A program made the translations under genes and the position numbers. This document shows positions 8,316 to 16,937 of a stretch of 64,000 nt of DNA, one piece after another (the first letter of the stretch is position 1; each line of letters opens with the position of its first letter). A model generated the notes under the pieces. The model made no database searches, was not told the DNA's origin, and was given only the letters and a program-made list of their open reading frames with translations. The stretch is from Methanomassiliicoccaceae archaeon. Lineage in GTDB: Archaea; Thermoplasmatota; Thermoplasmata; Methanomassiliicoccales; Methanomethylophilaceae. The DNA lies in contig PWNH01000132.1 in NCBI GenBank assembly GCA_003557905.1, positions 2,920 to 66,919 on the forward strand, in the 5' to 3' direction.

Positions 8316-9152
8316 TCAAACCATTTCCTTCAATCTTCTTTCTATTTCTTCATCATCCATTCCGACCAGGGGTGCGTACACTGGAACTTCGAAGCGGATG
8401 TCCTTGAGAGCATCGAAGTCATCCATCCCCAAGCCGGTGACGACCCCCAGGACGTCGTCCCCGATGAAGAGTCCTGCATCGTCCTTGAGCATCTTGAGAT
8501 CGGGATCGTAAGCCTGCAACAAAGGATGTGCGAGACCGGAGACGAGGATGCGGCATCCCCTCTTCATCAACATCCAGGCGGCAAGTGCGTCACGGTCGTC
8601 CTTGACGAATGCGATCACCTTGCCCTGAGTTCCCATGGGAAGCCCGCCGGGACCGTCCTGGTAGGTGTCGAAAATGAAGGCCTTGGGGCCGCGGACCTCT
8701 ATGAATATCTCCACGTCCGGTGAGCCGAGGTCGACCTTGATGCCCAGATTCTCATTGGCCCGGTATATCGCCGAACCGGCATTGCGGCCGATGTCAACTG
8801 AGGTGTAGGGATGCGTCCCCTCCCTCCTCGGCCTAACGGCGAAGGACTGGCCCGGTTGCAGCCTGCTCATTGAATAGGCGGCGGCGTGCTCACAGATATC
8901 CTCCATGGAGCTGCCGCAGGTCTCGGCCACACTAACTGATGCCACGCCGAACACTCTACGCAGGCAGGTCACGGCGGAATCCACATCGTCAGCCTCAACG
9001 TAGAAACGGCCCTCGTCAGAATGGAGCAGAGCCTCTACCCTGCCCTTTGCCAATGCGGAGAGGATGTTGTCCCTCAATAGGTTCTCGAAACGCCTGCGCA
9101 CCATACGGCTCTTGAGACCCAGTTCCGCGTAGCGTATGAGGATCGTGCTCAT
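8316..9152 (-). CDS. THUMP-domain, ThiI-like protein with degenerate and shortened PP-loop domain
   Basis: 278 aa from ATG at 9150-9152; the longer ORF to 9251 runs into the tRNA-Leu gene. ILIRYAELGLKS start and a THUMP-like middle match ThiI. The ThiI PP-loop position reads AFVKDDRDALAAWMLMKRG instead of LSGGIDSPVAA. Confidence 0.65.
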   Translation of the reverse strand: MSTILIRYAELGLKSRMVRRRFENLLRDNILSALAKGRVEALLHSDEGRFYVEADDVDSAVTCLRRVFGVASVSVAETCGSSMEDICEHAAAYSMSRLQPGQSFAVRPRREGTHPYTSVDIGRNAGSAIYRANENLGIKVDLGSPDVEIFIEVRGPKAFIFDTYQDGPGGLPMGTQGKVIAFVKDDRDALAAWMLMKRGCRILVSGLAHPLLQAYDPDLKMLKDDAGLFIGDDVLGVVTGLGMDDFDALKDIRFEVPVYAPLVGMDDEEIERRLKEMV

Positions 9153-9211
9153 CAGAGTGGTATTAAGACTCCACTTATAAACGGTTCCTTCCGTGAAGGT
9201 TTTGAAAAGAA

Positions 9212-9299
9212 TGGTGCAGGGGAAGGGATTCGAACCCTCGAACGTCTGCACGACTAGACCCTGAATCTAGCACCTTTGGCCAGGCTCGGTAACCCCTGC
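9212..9299 (-). tRNA. tRNA-Leu (anticodon CAG), type II with long variable arm, CCA encoded
   Basis: Reverse complement GCAGGGGTTACCGAGCCTGGCCAAAGGTGCTAGATTCAGGGTCTAGTCGTGCAGACGTTCGAGGGTTCGAATCCCTTCCCCTGCACCA folds by hand: 7-bp acceptor stem, 5-bp anticodon stem with loop TTCAGGG, variable arm, TTCGAAT T-loop. Confidence 0.9.
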
Positions 9300-9357
9300 T
9301 TTAGGACGCTCAATCGCATCATCGTACAAAAAGCTTAGCAATAAGGAAAGGGTTTCC

Positions 9358-9379
9358 GGGGGCTGGACCCCCAGTTTTT
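9358..9379. terminator. GC hairpin (GGGGG-CTGGA-CCCCC) followed by T5 on the + strand
   Basis: Perfect 5-bp G/C stem at 9358-9372, then AGTTTTT. Lies between the 72-aa ORF and tRNA-Leu (both minus strand) and may insulate the two units. Confidence 0.3.
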
Positions 9380-9400
9380 ACGCGATAGAATTATCGGGCT

Positions 9401-9619
9401 TCAGCCCTTCATTATCTTCATCCAGCCGCCGCTCTCGTAGATTGCCAGGCCCCTTCTCATGAGGGCTCCCTGGAAATCCTCCCAGCTTATGATCTCCAGC
9501 CTGTCGTTGCTGACCTTGGTGAACTGAACACCATCGGTTCCCTTTACACGTCCCGGCTTTAGACCCTTGTTCTCGGCGATCTGCCTTGCCTTCACTATGT
9601 TTATTTTCTCCATAACCAT
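9401..9619 (-). CDS. Small hypothetical protein (72 aa)
   Basis: MVMEKINIVKARQIAENKGLKPGRVKG...RGLAIYESGGWMKIMKG. Coding-like composition, flanked by AT-rich spacers. No family assignable from memory. Confidence 0.45.
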   Translation of the reverse strand: MVMEKINIVKARQIAENKGLKPGRVKGTDGVQFTKVSNDRLEIISWEDFQGALMRRGLAIYESGGWMKIMKG

Positions 9620-9847
9620 TGCCTATCCCTCCTGCTTGACCACACCTATCCAGTATGGTGTTTGTGCTATTTCTTTGAGGGATATATATATCTTTGCAAA
9701 AAAAACAGGTATCCAGATGGTTTTTCATATATAAAACTAACTATTCAAGGCAATTTTTAGCCAGTGTTTTCCTTGACGATAAATGATCGATTGTGTTGAG
9801 AAATCAGAAAGAAAGATAACTCGGATAGTCCATCCCTGAGCGATAAT

Positions 9848-11137
9848 ATGTCCCTTTTCGGTTCATCAGGCATCAGAGGCAAGGTGGGGGAGAGGATAAC
9901 CCCTGAACTCGTACTCTCAATAGGCGCAGCGGTGGGCACATGCAATGATGCGGTGATCATCGCCAAGGACACGCGCACCTCAGGGGACATGATGGTCGGC
10001 GCCCTGGTCGCTGGCATCTGCTCCGTCGGTTCGGAGGCCCACTGTGCGGGTATACTTCCGACACCGACACTTGCGAGGGCTGCGGTATGTTTCGATGCCG
10101 GTGTTATGGTCACAGCATCCCACAATCCCGCTGAATACAACGGCGTTAAGCTCTGGAACCCGGATGGTTCGGCTTTCGATCCTGAACAGACCATGGACAT
10201 AGAGAATCTGATAATGAGGGGATCATTCCCGCTCAAACGCTATGATGAACTGGGCATGATGCATGTTCACCACGGTGCGTTGGAAGACCATCGCGAAGCC
10301 ATCGCGAAGATCCTCCAATGCGATTGTGACGTTGTTATAGACTGTGCGTCAGGTCCGACGTCACTCATCACCCCGGGCCTCCTCTCCGACATGGGCGGCA
10401 AGGTGGTAAGTCTGAACAGCCAGGTAGACGGTAGATTCCCCGGCAGGATGCCCGAACCCACTGAAGAGAATCTCACCGACCTCATATGCATGGTGAAAGC
10501 GCATGGCGGCATCGGCCTGGCACATGATGGAGATGGCGACCGCGCGGTGGCGGTCGATGAAACCGGAAGATACCTGGGCGGCGATGTGCTGCTGTCCCTG
10601 TTCGTGGACCATATGAGGCCTTCCAAGGTCGCAGTGCCCATCGACGCGTCGTTGGCCATAGATGATATGGTCAAGGAAGTGGTCAGGACCAAGGTCGGTG
10701 ACGTATACATATCAGATGCCATGAAGAAGGAGGGCATCTCATTCGGCGGTGAGCCTTCCGGTACGTTCGTATTCGCCGAGCAGGGCTACTGTCCCGACGG
10801 CGTCTACGCCGCCGCATTACTGGCCAGCATGGCCTCCGAAGGCCGGCTGGCCGATCGCGTGGATGAGCTGCCCAGTTACCCGATGGTCAAGAGGAAGTAT
10901 CAGTACAGCAGCGCCAAGGGCGCCATACTGCAACGCATGGAGGACGCGGTCTCCTGCCTGGAATGTGAGGAGATAGTCACCTTGGACGGTTTCCGTGTCG
11001 GCCTCGGGGACGCTTGGTTCCTGATACGGTTCTCAGGAACTGAGCCCATAATACGTCTCACCGCCGAAGCCCGTGACGAGGCCCGGTTGAAAGAGGTCGT
11101 TGATTCAGCGGAGAATCTCGTTAGGAGGTGCCTGTGA
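9848..11137 (+). CDS. glmM: Phosphoglucosamine/phosphohexose mutase (PGM/PMM family)
   Basis: 429 aa. Active-site TASHNPAEYNGVKL, metal loop AHDGDGDRAV, sugar loop GGEPSG. Translationally coupled to the downstream GlmU-like gene. Confidence 0.85.
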   Translation: MSLFGSSGIRGKVGERITPELVLSIGAAVGTCNDAVIIAKDTRTSGDMMVGALVAGICSVGSEAHCAGILPTPTLARAAVCFDAGVMVTASHNPAEYNGVKLWNPDGSAFDPEQTMDIENLIMRGSFPLKRYDELGMMHVHHGALEDHREAIAKILQCDCDVVIDCASGPTSLITPGLLSDMGGKVVSLNSQVDGRFPGRMPEPTEENLTDLICMVKAHGGIGLAHDGDGDRAVAVDETGRYLGGDVLLSLFVDHMRPSKVAVPIDASLAIDDMVKEVVRTKVGDVYISDAMKKEGISFGGEPSGTFVFAEQGYCPDGVYAAALLASMASEGRLADRVDELPSYPMVKRKYQYSSAKGAILQRMEDAVSCLECEEIVTLDGFRVGLGDAWFLIRFSGTEPIIRLTAEARDEARLKEVVDSAENLVRRCL

Positions 11138-12363
11138 TGAAAGCTTTGATATTGGCAGCGGGTGAAGGTACCCGCCTTAGACCCTTGACCAGCAATGTAC
11201 CCAAGCCCTTGTTGACAGTCGCCGGTAAACCCTTCATGACCCACACCATCGAGGCTTTGAAGGAGGCGGGTGTGGACGAGGTCATCATACTCACTGGATT
11301 CCGGGGCGACCGCATACGGTCCCATTACCGTAACGGTGAGACACTGGGGATCAAGATAAGCTACCTGGAACAGAAGGAGCGCAAGGGCACCGCCCACGCC
11401 ATAGGAATGGCGGAGACGCATATCGACAGTCCCTTCTTCTGCCTGGCCGGTGATGTGCTCGTCAACGCTGAGGACCTCAAGACGATGAGGTCCCTCCATG
11501 AGAGGGGAGGTTCGACCGTACTCGGTGCCATCGAGGTCGACGACCCGTCCCGTTTCGGGGTCATCGAGGTCAAGGACGGCATGATGGTGGGCATCGTGGA
11601 GAAACCACAGGACCCGAAGAGCAACCTCATCAACTCCTCGGTTTACCTGTTCAACCCCGATGTGTTCCGGAAGATAACCGAGACGGGGCTGTCGGACCGC
11701 AATGAATACGAGATCACTGATTCCATATCCATGCTGGCCACGGATGGAGAGGTGCTCGTTCATCCCATGCAGGGGGAGTGGATAGACGTCGGTCAGCCCT
11801 GGGACCTCCTGAAGGCCAATGAGAAACTGATGTCCACCATGAAACGCAGTATCAAGGGAACCGTTGAGGACGGGGCGCACATCATAGGCGAGGTGGTCGT
11901 CGAGGAGGGTGCCAGGATACGCTCGGGAAGCTACATCGAGGGTCCGGTCTACATCTCGACCGGATGTGACATCGGCCCCAACTGCCATATCCGCGCATAC
12001 ACCTGCCTCGGACCCCGCTGTCGGGTCGGGAACGCAAGCGAGGTGAAGAACAGCATCATAATGGCGGACACCAAGGTGCCCCACCACAACTACATCGGCG
12101 ACAGCATCGTCGGGGAGAGATGCAACTTCGGTTCAGGGACCAAGGTCGCCAACCTGCGCTTCGACCACCGCAACATCAAGGTCATGTGCAAGGACGGACA
12201 GATGGACAGCGGCCGGCGCAAGATGGGAGTGATCATGGGCGATGACGTCGAGACCGGCATCAATTCGATGATACTGCCGGGGACGGTCATTTACGAGAAG
12301 GCCATAATCGGCGCCGGCTCCACCGCTTACGGGCTCATAGGCAAAGAGGCGCAGATCCTCTAG
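11137..12363 (+). CDS. glmU: Bifunctional sugar-1-phosphate nucleotidylyltransferase / left-handed beta-helix acetyltransferase (archaeal GlmU-like)
   Basis: MKALILAAGEGTRLRPLT nucleotidyltransferase N-terminus plus C-terminal hexapeptide repeats. ATG at 11137 overlaps the upstream TGA by 1 nt. Ends in TAG. Confidence 0.8.
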   Translation: MKALILAAGEGTRLRPLTSNVPKPLLTVAGKPFMTHTIEALKEAGVDEVIILTGFRGDRIRSHYRNGETLGIKISYLEQKERKGTAHAIGMAETHIDSPFFCLAGDVLVNAEDLKTMRSLHERGGSTVLGAIEVDDPSRFGVIEVKDGMMVGIVEKPQDPKSNLINSSVYLFNPDVFRKITETGLSDRNEYEITDSISMLATDGEVLVHPMQGEWIDVGQPWDLLKANEKLMSTMKRSIKGTVEDGAHIIGEVVVEEGARIRSGSYIEGPVYISTGCDIGPNCHIRAYTCLGPRCRVGNASEVKNSIIMADTKVPHHNYIGDSIVGERCNFGSGTKVANLRFDHRNIKVMCKDGQMDSGRRKMGVIMGDDVETGINSMILPGTVIYEKAIIGAGSTAYGLIGKEAQIL

Positions 12364-12728
12364 ACCAGGTCCACATCGATAGGCTCGCCGGAACTGTTGT
12401 AGGCCTTCCAACTTTTTGAGTTGAAGGGCTCACAGGTTATGATGTGTATACCGCCCATGCTGTTGAAGAAGCCCATATCGGCATCGGATGGTCGGTTGCA
12501 GGTCCCAGGATGGGAATGGGCGGAACCGACCACTCCGAACGATATGGGTGCCATGTTCACGTCCAGGATTCCATGGCTCTCGCCGCTGATCGTCCCTGGA
12601 AGCAGGATCAGCTCGGTCACCACCCCTTTCTCCGCCCGCAGGAGGCAGAGGAACTCGTTGGGGAGGCTGTAGCGGGCGGACTCGTTTATGGCCTCTATGA
12701 CCTCCCTCTCGATGGCCCAGCGCTTCAT
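12360..12728 (-). CDS. JAB1/MPN/Mov34 (JAMM) metalloprotease, minimal archaeal type
   Basis: 122 aa from ATG at 12726-12728. JAMM motif HSHPGTCNRPSDAD. The start overlaps the nadK stop (ATGA). The longer ORF to 13025 overlaps nadK and was trimmed. Confidence 0.75.
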   Translation of the reverse strand: MKRWAIEREVIEAINESARYSLPNEFLCLLRAEKGVVTELILLPGTISGESHGILDVNMAPISFGVVGSAHSHPGTCNRPSDADMGFFNSMGGIHIITCEPFNSKSWKAYNSSGEPIDVDLV

Positions 12729-13531
12729 AGCGACCCTACCAGCTTCTCCTGCATGCGGGCGTAGAAGTTGTCCTCGAAGCGCAGGAAACGACCGTAGTCC
12801 TTGGATAACGAGAACTCCACGGTCGTATGACCGGCTATGCTGTACTCCTTCTGACCGTCTATGACCAGGAGGCATCCCCTGTCCATCAGGAGCTCGACCT
12901 TTATGCGGGCGCTGGTGGGCACCACCATGGGCCGGGCGGCGAACTTGTAAGGGGCCATGGGTACGAAGACGAAGGCGTTGACGTGGGGATCGATGATCGG
13001 CGCTCCCACACTCATCGCATAGCACGTGGAACCGGTCGGGGTGGCGACGATCACACCGTCGGCACGCAGCTCGGTCGCCACCTGGTCATCCACCATTATG
13101 CGGAAATGCCTGATCTTGGCCACCGCGTCCGTGTGGATGACGGCCTCGTTCATGGCGTCGGCCAACCGCTCCCCGCCGTACTCGGTGCGCAGTTTGAAGC
13201 GCCTCTCGATGAAGTACTCGCCCTTTCTTACCTTGGCGAAGCTCTCCTCCATCTCCTCAGGACCGACCTCGGTGAGGAAACCGACCGAACCTGCGTTGAC
13301 GCCGAGGATTATGGCGTCGTTCTTCTGCATGGCACGGAGTATGGTACCGTCACCGCCCACGGTGACCAGTATGTCGACCTTCATATCCTCGAGGGGCACC
13401 CCTTCCCGGCCCAAGGCCCGGGCGAGCTTGGCCTCCAGGACCACGTCCTCGCCGTCCAATAGTCGGATGACCTCTTGACTGACATCTACCGCGCCCTCGA
13501 TGCTGAGATTGGTGTATACACCGTAATTCAC
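12725..13531 (-). CDS. nadK: NAD kinase
   Basis: 268 aa. VTVGGDGTILRA, GVNAGSVGFL and ATPTGSTCYAMSVGAPI motifs. Proposed GTG start at 13529-13531 overlaps the IMPase stop (GTGA) and follows AAGGAG. Confidence 0.85.
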   Translation of the reverse strand: MNYGVYTNLSIEGAVDVSQEVIRLLDGEDVVLEAKLARALGREGVPLEDMKVDILVTVGGDGTILRAMQKNDAIILGVNAGSVGFLTEVGPEEMEESFAKVRKGEYFIERRFKLRTEYGGERLADAMNEAVIHTDAVAKIRHFRIMVDDQVATELRADGVIVATPTGSTCYAMSVGAPIIDPHVNAFVFVPMAPYKFAARPMVVPTSARIKVELLMDRGCLLVIDGQKEYSIAGHTTVEFSLSKDYGRFLRFEDNFYARMQEKLVGSL

Positions 13532-14304
13532 AGTAACCACTCCTTGAGTCGCCTGTCCCCCACGGCCAGGAAGTTGCTCCTGGTCTCGAGGTCGAACGGC
13601 ATGTCCATCAATGTACCGTCGAGATTGAATATCTCCCCTCCGGCCTCCCTCAGTATCAGGTGGCTGGCGGCGATGTCGATGACCCTTATGCACTTGCCAC
13701 GGTCCTCGGAGTTCATCATGAACCCGTCGGCCGCTCCGGTGGCCACCAGGCACATCTCTATGGATGCGCATCCGTAGGCCCTCGTACGCCGGCATTCCTT
13801 CAGTATGCGGAACGTGTCGGGATGGGCGCCGCTACCCAGATATAGCATCATGGTCAAGGCTTCCCTTTGCGACCCCTTGCGGGCCTGGATGCGGCATCCG
13901 TTGAAGAACGCCCCCTGACCCTTCACGGCATGATAGACGTCATCGGTGACCAGGTTGCGTATGTAAGCGTACTCCACATCGCGGAGGGAGTTGCTGCCTA
14001 CCGCCAGGGATGCGGTGTAAAGAGGCACCCCCATGATGGAGTTGTAAGTGCCGTCGATGGGGTCCAGGACCAGGGTCATGTCGCCGCCCCGATCCACGAA
14101 CCCAATCTCCTCGCTGAGCACATTGAGTGATATCCCGTGCTCCTCCAGATACGAAAGGACGACGTTCTCAGCACACTTGTCTATCTGAGTGGTGGGCGTC
14201 CCGTCCGCCCCTTGGCAGACCTCTATCCCGCGGTCGCAGGAGTCGGGCATTTCGCGGGCGGTGTCCCGTATCAGAAGGGACAGTCTTTCCAAGAGCTCCA
14301 TCAT
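13528..14304 (-). CDS. suhB: Inositol monophosphatase / fructose-1,6-bisphosphatase family phosphatase
   Basis: 258 aa from ATG at 14302-14304. VLSEE, LDPIDGTYN and WDIAA-like IDIAASHLIL motifs of the IMPase/FBPase/NADP-phosphatase family. Confidence 0.8.
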   Translation of the reverse strand: MMELLERLSLLIRDTAREMPDSCDRGIEVCQGADGTPTTQIDKCAENVVLSYLEEHGISLNVLSEEIGFVDRGGDMTLVLDPIDGTYNSIMGVPLYTASLAVGSNSLRDVEYAYIRNLVTDDVYHAVKGQGAFFNGCRIQARKGSQREALTMMLYLGSGAHPDTFRILKECRRTRAYGCASIEMCLVATGAADGFMMNSEDRGKCIRVIDIAASHLILREAGGEIFNLDGTLMDMPFDLETRSNFLAVGDRRLKEWLL

Positions 14305-14398
14305 CGTCAGCTCATGGTGGTGGTGCCTATAATTGGGTTTTGTTCCAGCTGTGCTCAGAAACGATATTATGTAACGATGTTGATTTGCCTCGGTTAAA

Positions 14399-16936
14399 AT
14401 GAAACACGTCATCGGACTGGCGGACCTGGGGGCGGACTCCCTGGAGAAGGTGGGCGGAAAGGCATGCAACCTTGCCATCATGGCCCGTGGGGGTCTGCCG
14501 GTCCCGGAGGCCTTCGTGATATGCACATCGGCCTACCACCGTTTCCTGGAGGAGACGGGCCTGGGATCCAAGATTTCCTTCCTTGTCGAAAAGCTGGATT
14601 TCACCGACCGTGAGGAGGTGGCCGCCGCCGCTGAGCGTATCCAGACAATGATATCCTCCCAGGTCACGCCCGTGGCGTTGAAGGAGGACATCGATGAGCG
14701 GGCCTTCATGCTCGGGGGGCTCCTAGCGGTCAGGTCGTCAGCAGTGGCGGAGGACATGCCGGATGCCAGTTTCGCCGGGCAGCAGGACTCCTTCCTCAAC
14801 GTGGCGGCCGCTGATGTCCACATGAATGTCCAGCGTTGCTGGGCCTCCTATTGGAACGAGAGGGCGATGACCTATCGTCATGATGCCCGGGTGCCGCATA
14901 TGGAAGGAGGGATGGCCGTCCTGGTGCAGAGGATGGTGGACTCCCGCGCTTCAGGCATAATGTTCACGGTGGACCCGGTGACGGGAGAGGACCGCACCGT
15001 CATCGAATCGGTCCGTGGCCTCGGTGACCGCTTGGCGAGCGGCGAAGCGGCACCGGACAGGTTCGTGGTCTCCCGTGACGGCACCGTGGTGGTGGCCGAT
15101 GATGCTGACGGCCTCGGCCTTTCCATTAGCGACGGCGAGGCGGCGATGCTCTCCACGATAGGCGCCGACCTGGAGCGTCTCTTCGGTTCACCCCAGGACG
15201 TGGAGTGGGCCTTGGACGCCGAGGGTGTGAAACTGTTGCAGTCCCGACCGGTCACCACCGTCGCCGAGGACGATGGCATTCTATGGACCCGGGCCTACGG
15301 TGATGAGTACTGGGCCGATGCCACCACTCCATTGTTCTTCTCCGTCATGGGCCCGATGCTGACCGACTACGTGAACCACGAGGGGGCCCGCATAATGGGA
15401 TACAAGGCCATACAGGACAGCCCCCTTCTCCGCCTGCACAAATCGCACATTTACTTCAACACCTGGGTCCTGGAGCAGGCATTCAGCTACTACCCGCGCT
15501 ACGCCCGCTCCAAGGAACTGCTCAACTACTATCCCGCCAGCGAGAGGGAGAGGATCGCCGGTTCGCCGTCACGCACCGGGATGGCGCTGATGTCGCAGCT
15601 TAGGGTGGCGGTTCGCGACCCTGATGGGATGCTCAACAGGACCGACAAGGCGTACAAGGAGTGGGCCTCCCGCTTCATGAAGCAGTGCCTTCGTTTCGAC
15701 CGTCTCGACCTGTCTGCGATGGACTACGGTCAGCTGAAGCGCGTTTACGGGGAGATCGAGGAGGCGGCGATCGGTCATTACCGTCTGATCCGTTACGGCA
15801 TGGTCTCCCATTCCATAGCATCCAACATGATCATCAAACAATGGCTGCGGTCGTGGCTCAACGACGAGAGCGGCGAACTCTATTCCAAACTGATCTCCGG
15901 CCTCCGTGGCAACAAGACATTGGAGACCAACGTGGCGTTGTCCAAGCTGGCCTTGCGTGCCTCCAAGGACCGTCACGTCGCCGCCGCCCTGAGGTCGATG
16001 GACAACGGGGAATTCATGAAGGCCTTGAAAGACGACCCGATGCTCGACAACTTCCACGAGCGTCTGGACGAGTTCCTCTACGAATACGGCCACCGTTCAC
16101 ATACCAGGGAGATCGTCTATCCCCGCTGGTCGGAGGATCCGGGGATGGTGCTCGATGTCATCCGTGTGCTTCTCGAGTCGCCCACCGACCTCTCCAAGGT
16201 GGAGGATGCCAGGGAGAAGGAGAGGCTGGAGGCGGAGAGGAGGGTGTTCGCGGCGTTGAGAGGTATGAAGGCGGGCAGGGTCAGGGCCGTCATCTTCGAG
16301 AAGGTCCTCCGCCTGGCCCAGACGTACCTCCTGTTCCGTGAGAACCAGAGGTTCTTCCTGGACCACATACTCTTCCGCCAACGACTGATACTCAGGGAGT
16401 ATGGCGAAAGGCTGCAGAGCGACGGTGTGATCGACGACCGCGACGACGTGTTCTTCCTGGAGCTGGGAGAGGTATTCGCCCTTCCCGGCGAGGACCCGCG
16501 GAGGCTGATCGCCCAGCGCCGTCGCGACTTCATGCGCCATCGTGACATCCTCCCACCGAAATTCCTCAGGGGGAGGATGGAGTTCGATGACACCGTCACC
16601 CGCCTGGACGACTCCACGGTCATACAGGGAAGCGCCGCCAGCCCGAGCGTGTTCCGCGGCAGGGTGCGGGTGGTCTCATCGGTCCACGAGCTCTCCCAGG
16701 TCGAGAATGGGGATGTGCTGGTGGCCTCCAACACCGACCCGGGATGGACGGCGGTCTTCCATCGCCTGGGAGGACTGGTGACCGAGACAGGAGGGATATT
16801 GTCGCACGGCGCGGTGGTGTCACGCGAGTACGGCATCCCCGCCGTCACCGCCGTGAAGGGTGCCACAACGGTCCTGAAGACCGGTCAGACCATTACCGTC
16901 GACGGCAACGAGGGAGTAATCAGATTGGAGGAATGA
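14399..16936 (+). CDS. PEP-utilising phosphotransferase: PPDK_N ATP-grasp domain, long helical middle, C-terminal swivel-His domain; no TIM-barrel domain
   Basis: 845 aa. GGKACNLAIM, VRSSAVAEDMPDASFAGQQDSFLNV and MAVLVQRMV (ATP-grasp), then C-terminal TDPGWTAVFHRLGGLVTETGGILSHGAVVSREYGIPAV (phosphohistidine swivel). Same domain order as rifampicin phosphotransferase. Confidence 0.8.
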   Translation: MKHVIGLADLGADSLEKVGGKACNLAIMARGGLPVPEAFVICTSAYHRFLEETGLGSKISFLVEKLDFTDREEVAAAAERIQTMISSQVTPVALKEDIDERAFMLGGLLAVRSSAVAEDMPDASFAGQQDSFLNVAAADVHMNVQRCWASYWNERAMTYRHDARVPHMEGGMAVLVQRMVDSRASGIMFTVDPVTGEDRTVIESVRGLGDRLASGEAAPDRFVVSRDGTVVVADDADGLGLSISDGEAAMLSTIGADLERLFGSPQDVEWALDAEGVKLLQSRPVTTVAEDDGILWTRAYGDEYWADATTPLFFSVMGPMLTDYVNHEGARIMGYKAIQDSPLLRLHKSHIYFNTWVLEQAFSYYPRYARSKELLNYYPASERERIAGSPSRTGMALMSQLRVAVRDPDGMLNRTDKAYKEWASRFMKQCLRFDRLDLSAMDYGQLKRVYGEIEEAAIGHYRLIRYGMVSHSIASNMIIKQWLRSWLNDESGELYSKLISGLRGNKTLETNVALSKLALRASKDRHVAAALRSMDNGEFMKALKDDPMLDNFHERLDEFLYEYGHRSHTREIVYPRWSEDPGMVLDVIRVLLESPTDLSKVEDAREKERLEAERRVFAALRGMKAGRVRAVIFEKVLRLAQTYLLFRENQRFFLDHILFRQRLILREYGERLQSDGVIDDRDDVFFLELGEVFALPGEDPRRLIAQRRRDFMRHRDILPPKFLRGRMEFDDTVTRLDDSTVIQGSAASPSVFRGRVRVVSSVHELSQVENGDVLVASNTDPGWTAVFHRLGGLVTETGGILSHGAVVSREYGIPAVTAVKGATTVLKTGQTITVDGNEGVIRLEE

Positions 16937-16937
16937 C

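Noticed and set aside
9153-9251. N-terminal extension of the ThiI-like ORF (MQTFEGSNPFPC...).
   Set aside because: The extension is the antisense reading of the tRNA-Leu T-arm and acceptor stem (9212-9299). The ThiI-like homology begins at the ATG at 9150-9152.
10900-12087. 395-aa ORF antisense to the glmM/glmU-like genes. Similar long antisense ORFs occur at 2052-2801, 7485-8228, 16920-17591, 25553-26431, 29493-30146, 39865-40524, 50015-50899 and 60169-61458.
   Set aside because: Each mirrors a gene with clear family motifs on the other strand. Their translations are Arg/Gly/His/Pro/Val-rich and low in complexity, with no recognisable motif. Long stop-free antisense frames are expected in GC-rich coding DNA.
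12361-12402. TAG read-through extensions of the glmU-like gene (and of serA and the JAMM gene).
   Set aside because: Reading through the glmU-like TAG adds only 12 codons before another TAG. These genes end at family-typical lengths, so TAG behaves as a normal stop there.
12729-13025. N-terminal extensions of the JAMM ORF (and, likewise, nadK at 13532-13795, the IMPase gene at 14305-14526, aIF5A at 37187-37342 and the ABC ATPase at 42264-42335).
   Set aside because: The extensions overlap the well-supported upstream gene in another frame, are Arg/Pro/His-rich, and precede internal starts that give family-typical lengths and ATGA/GTGA coupling.
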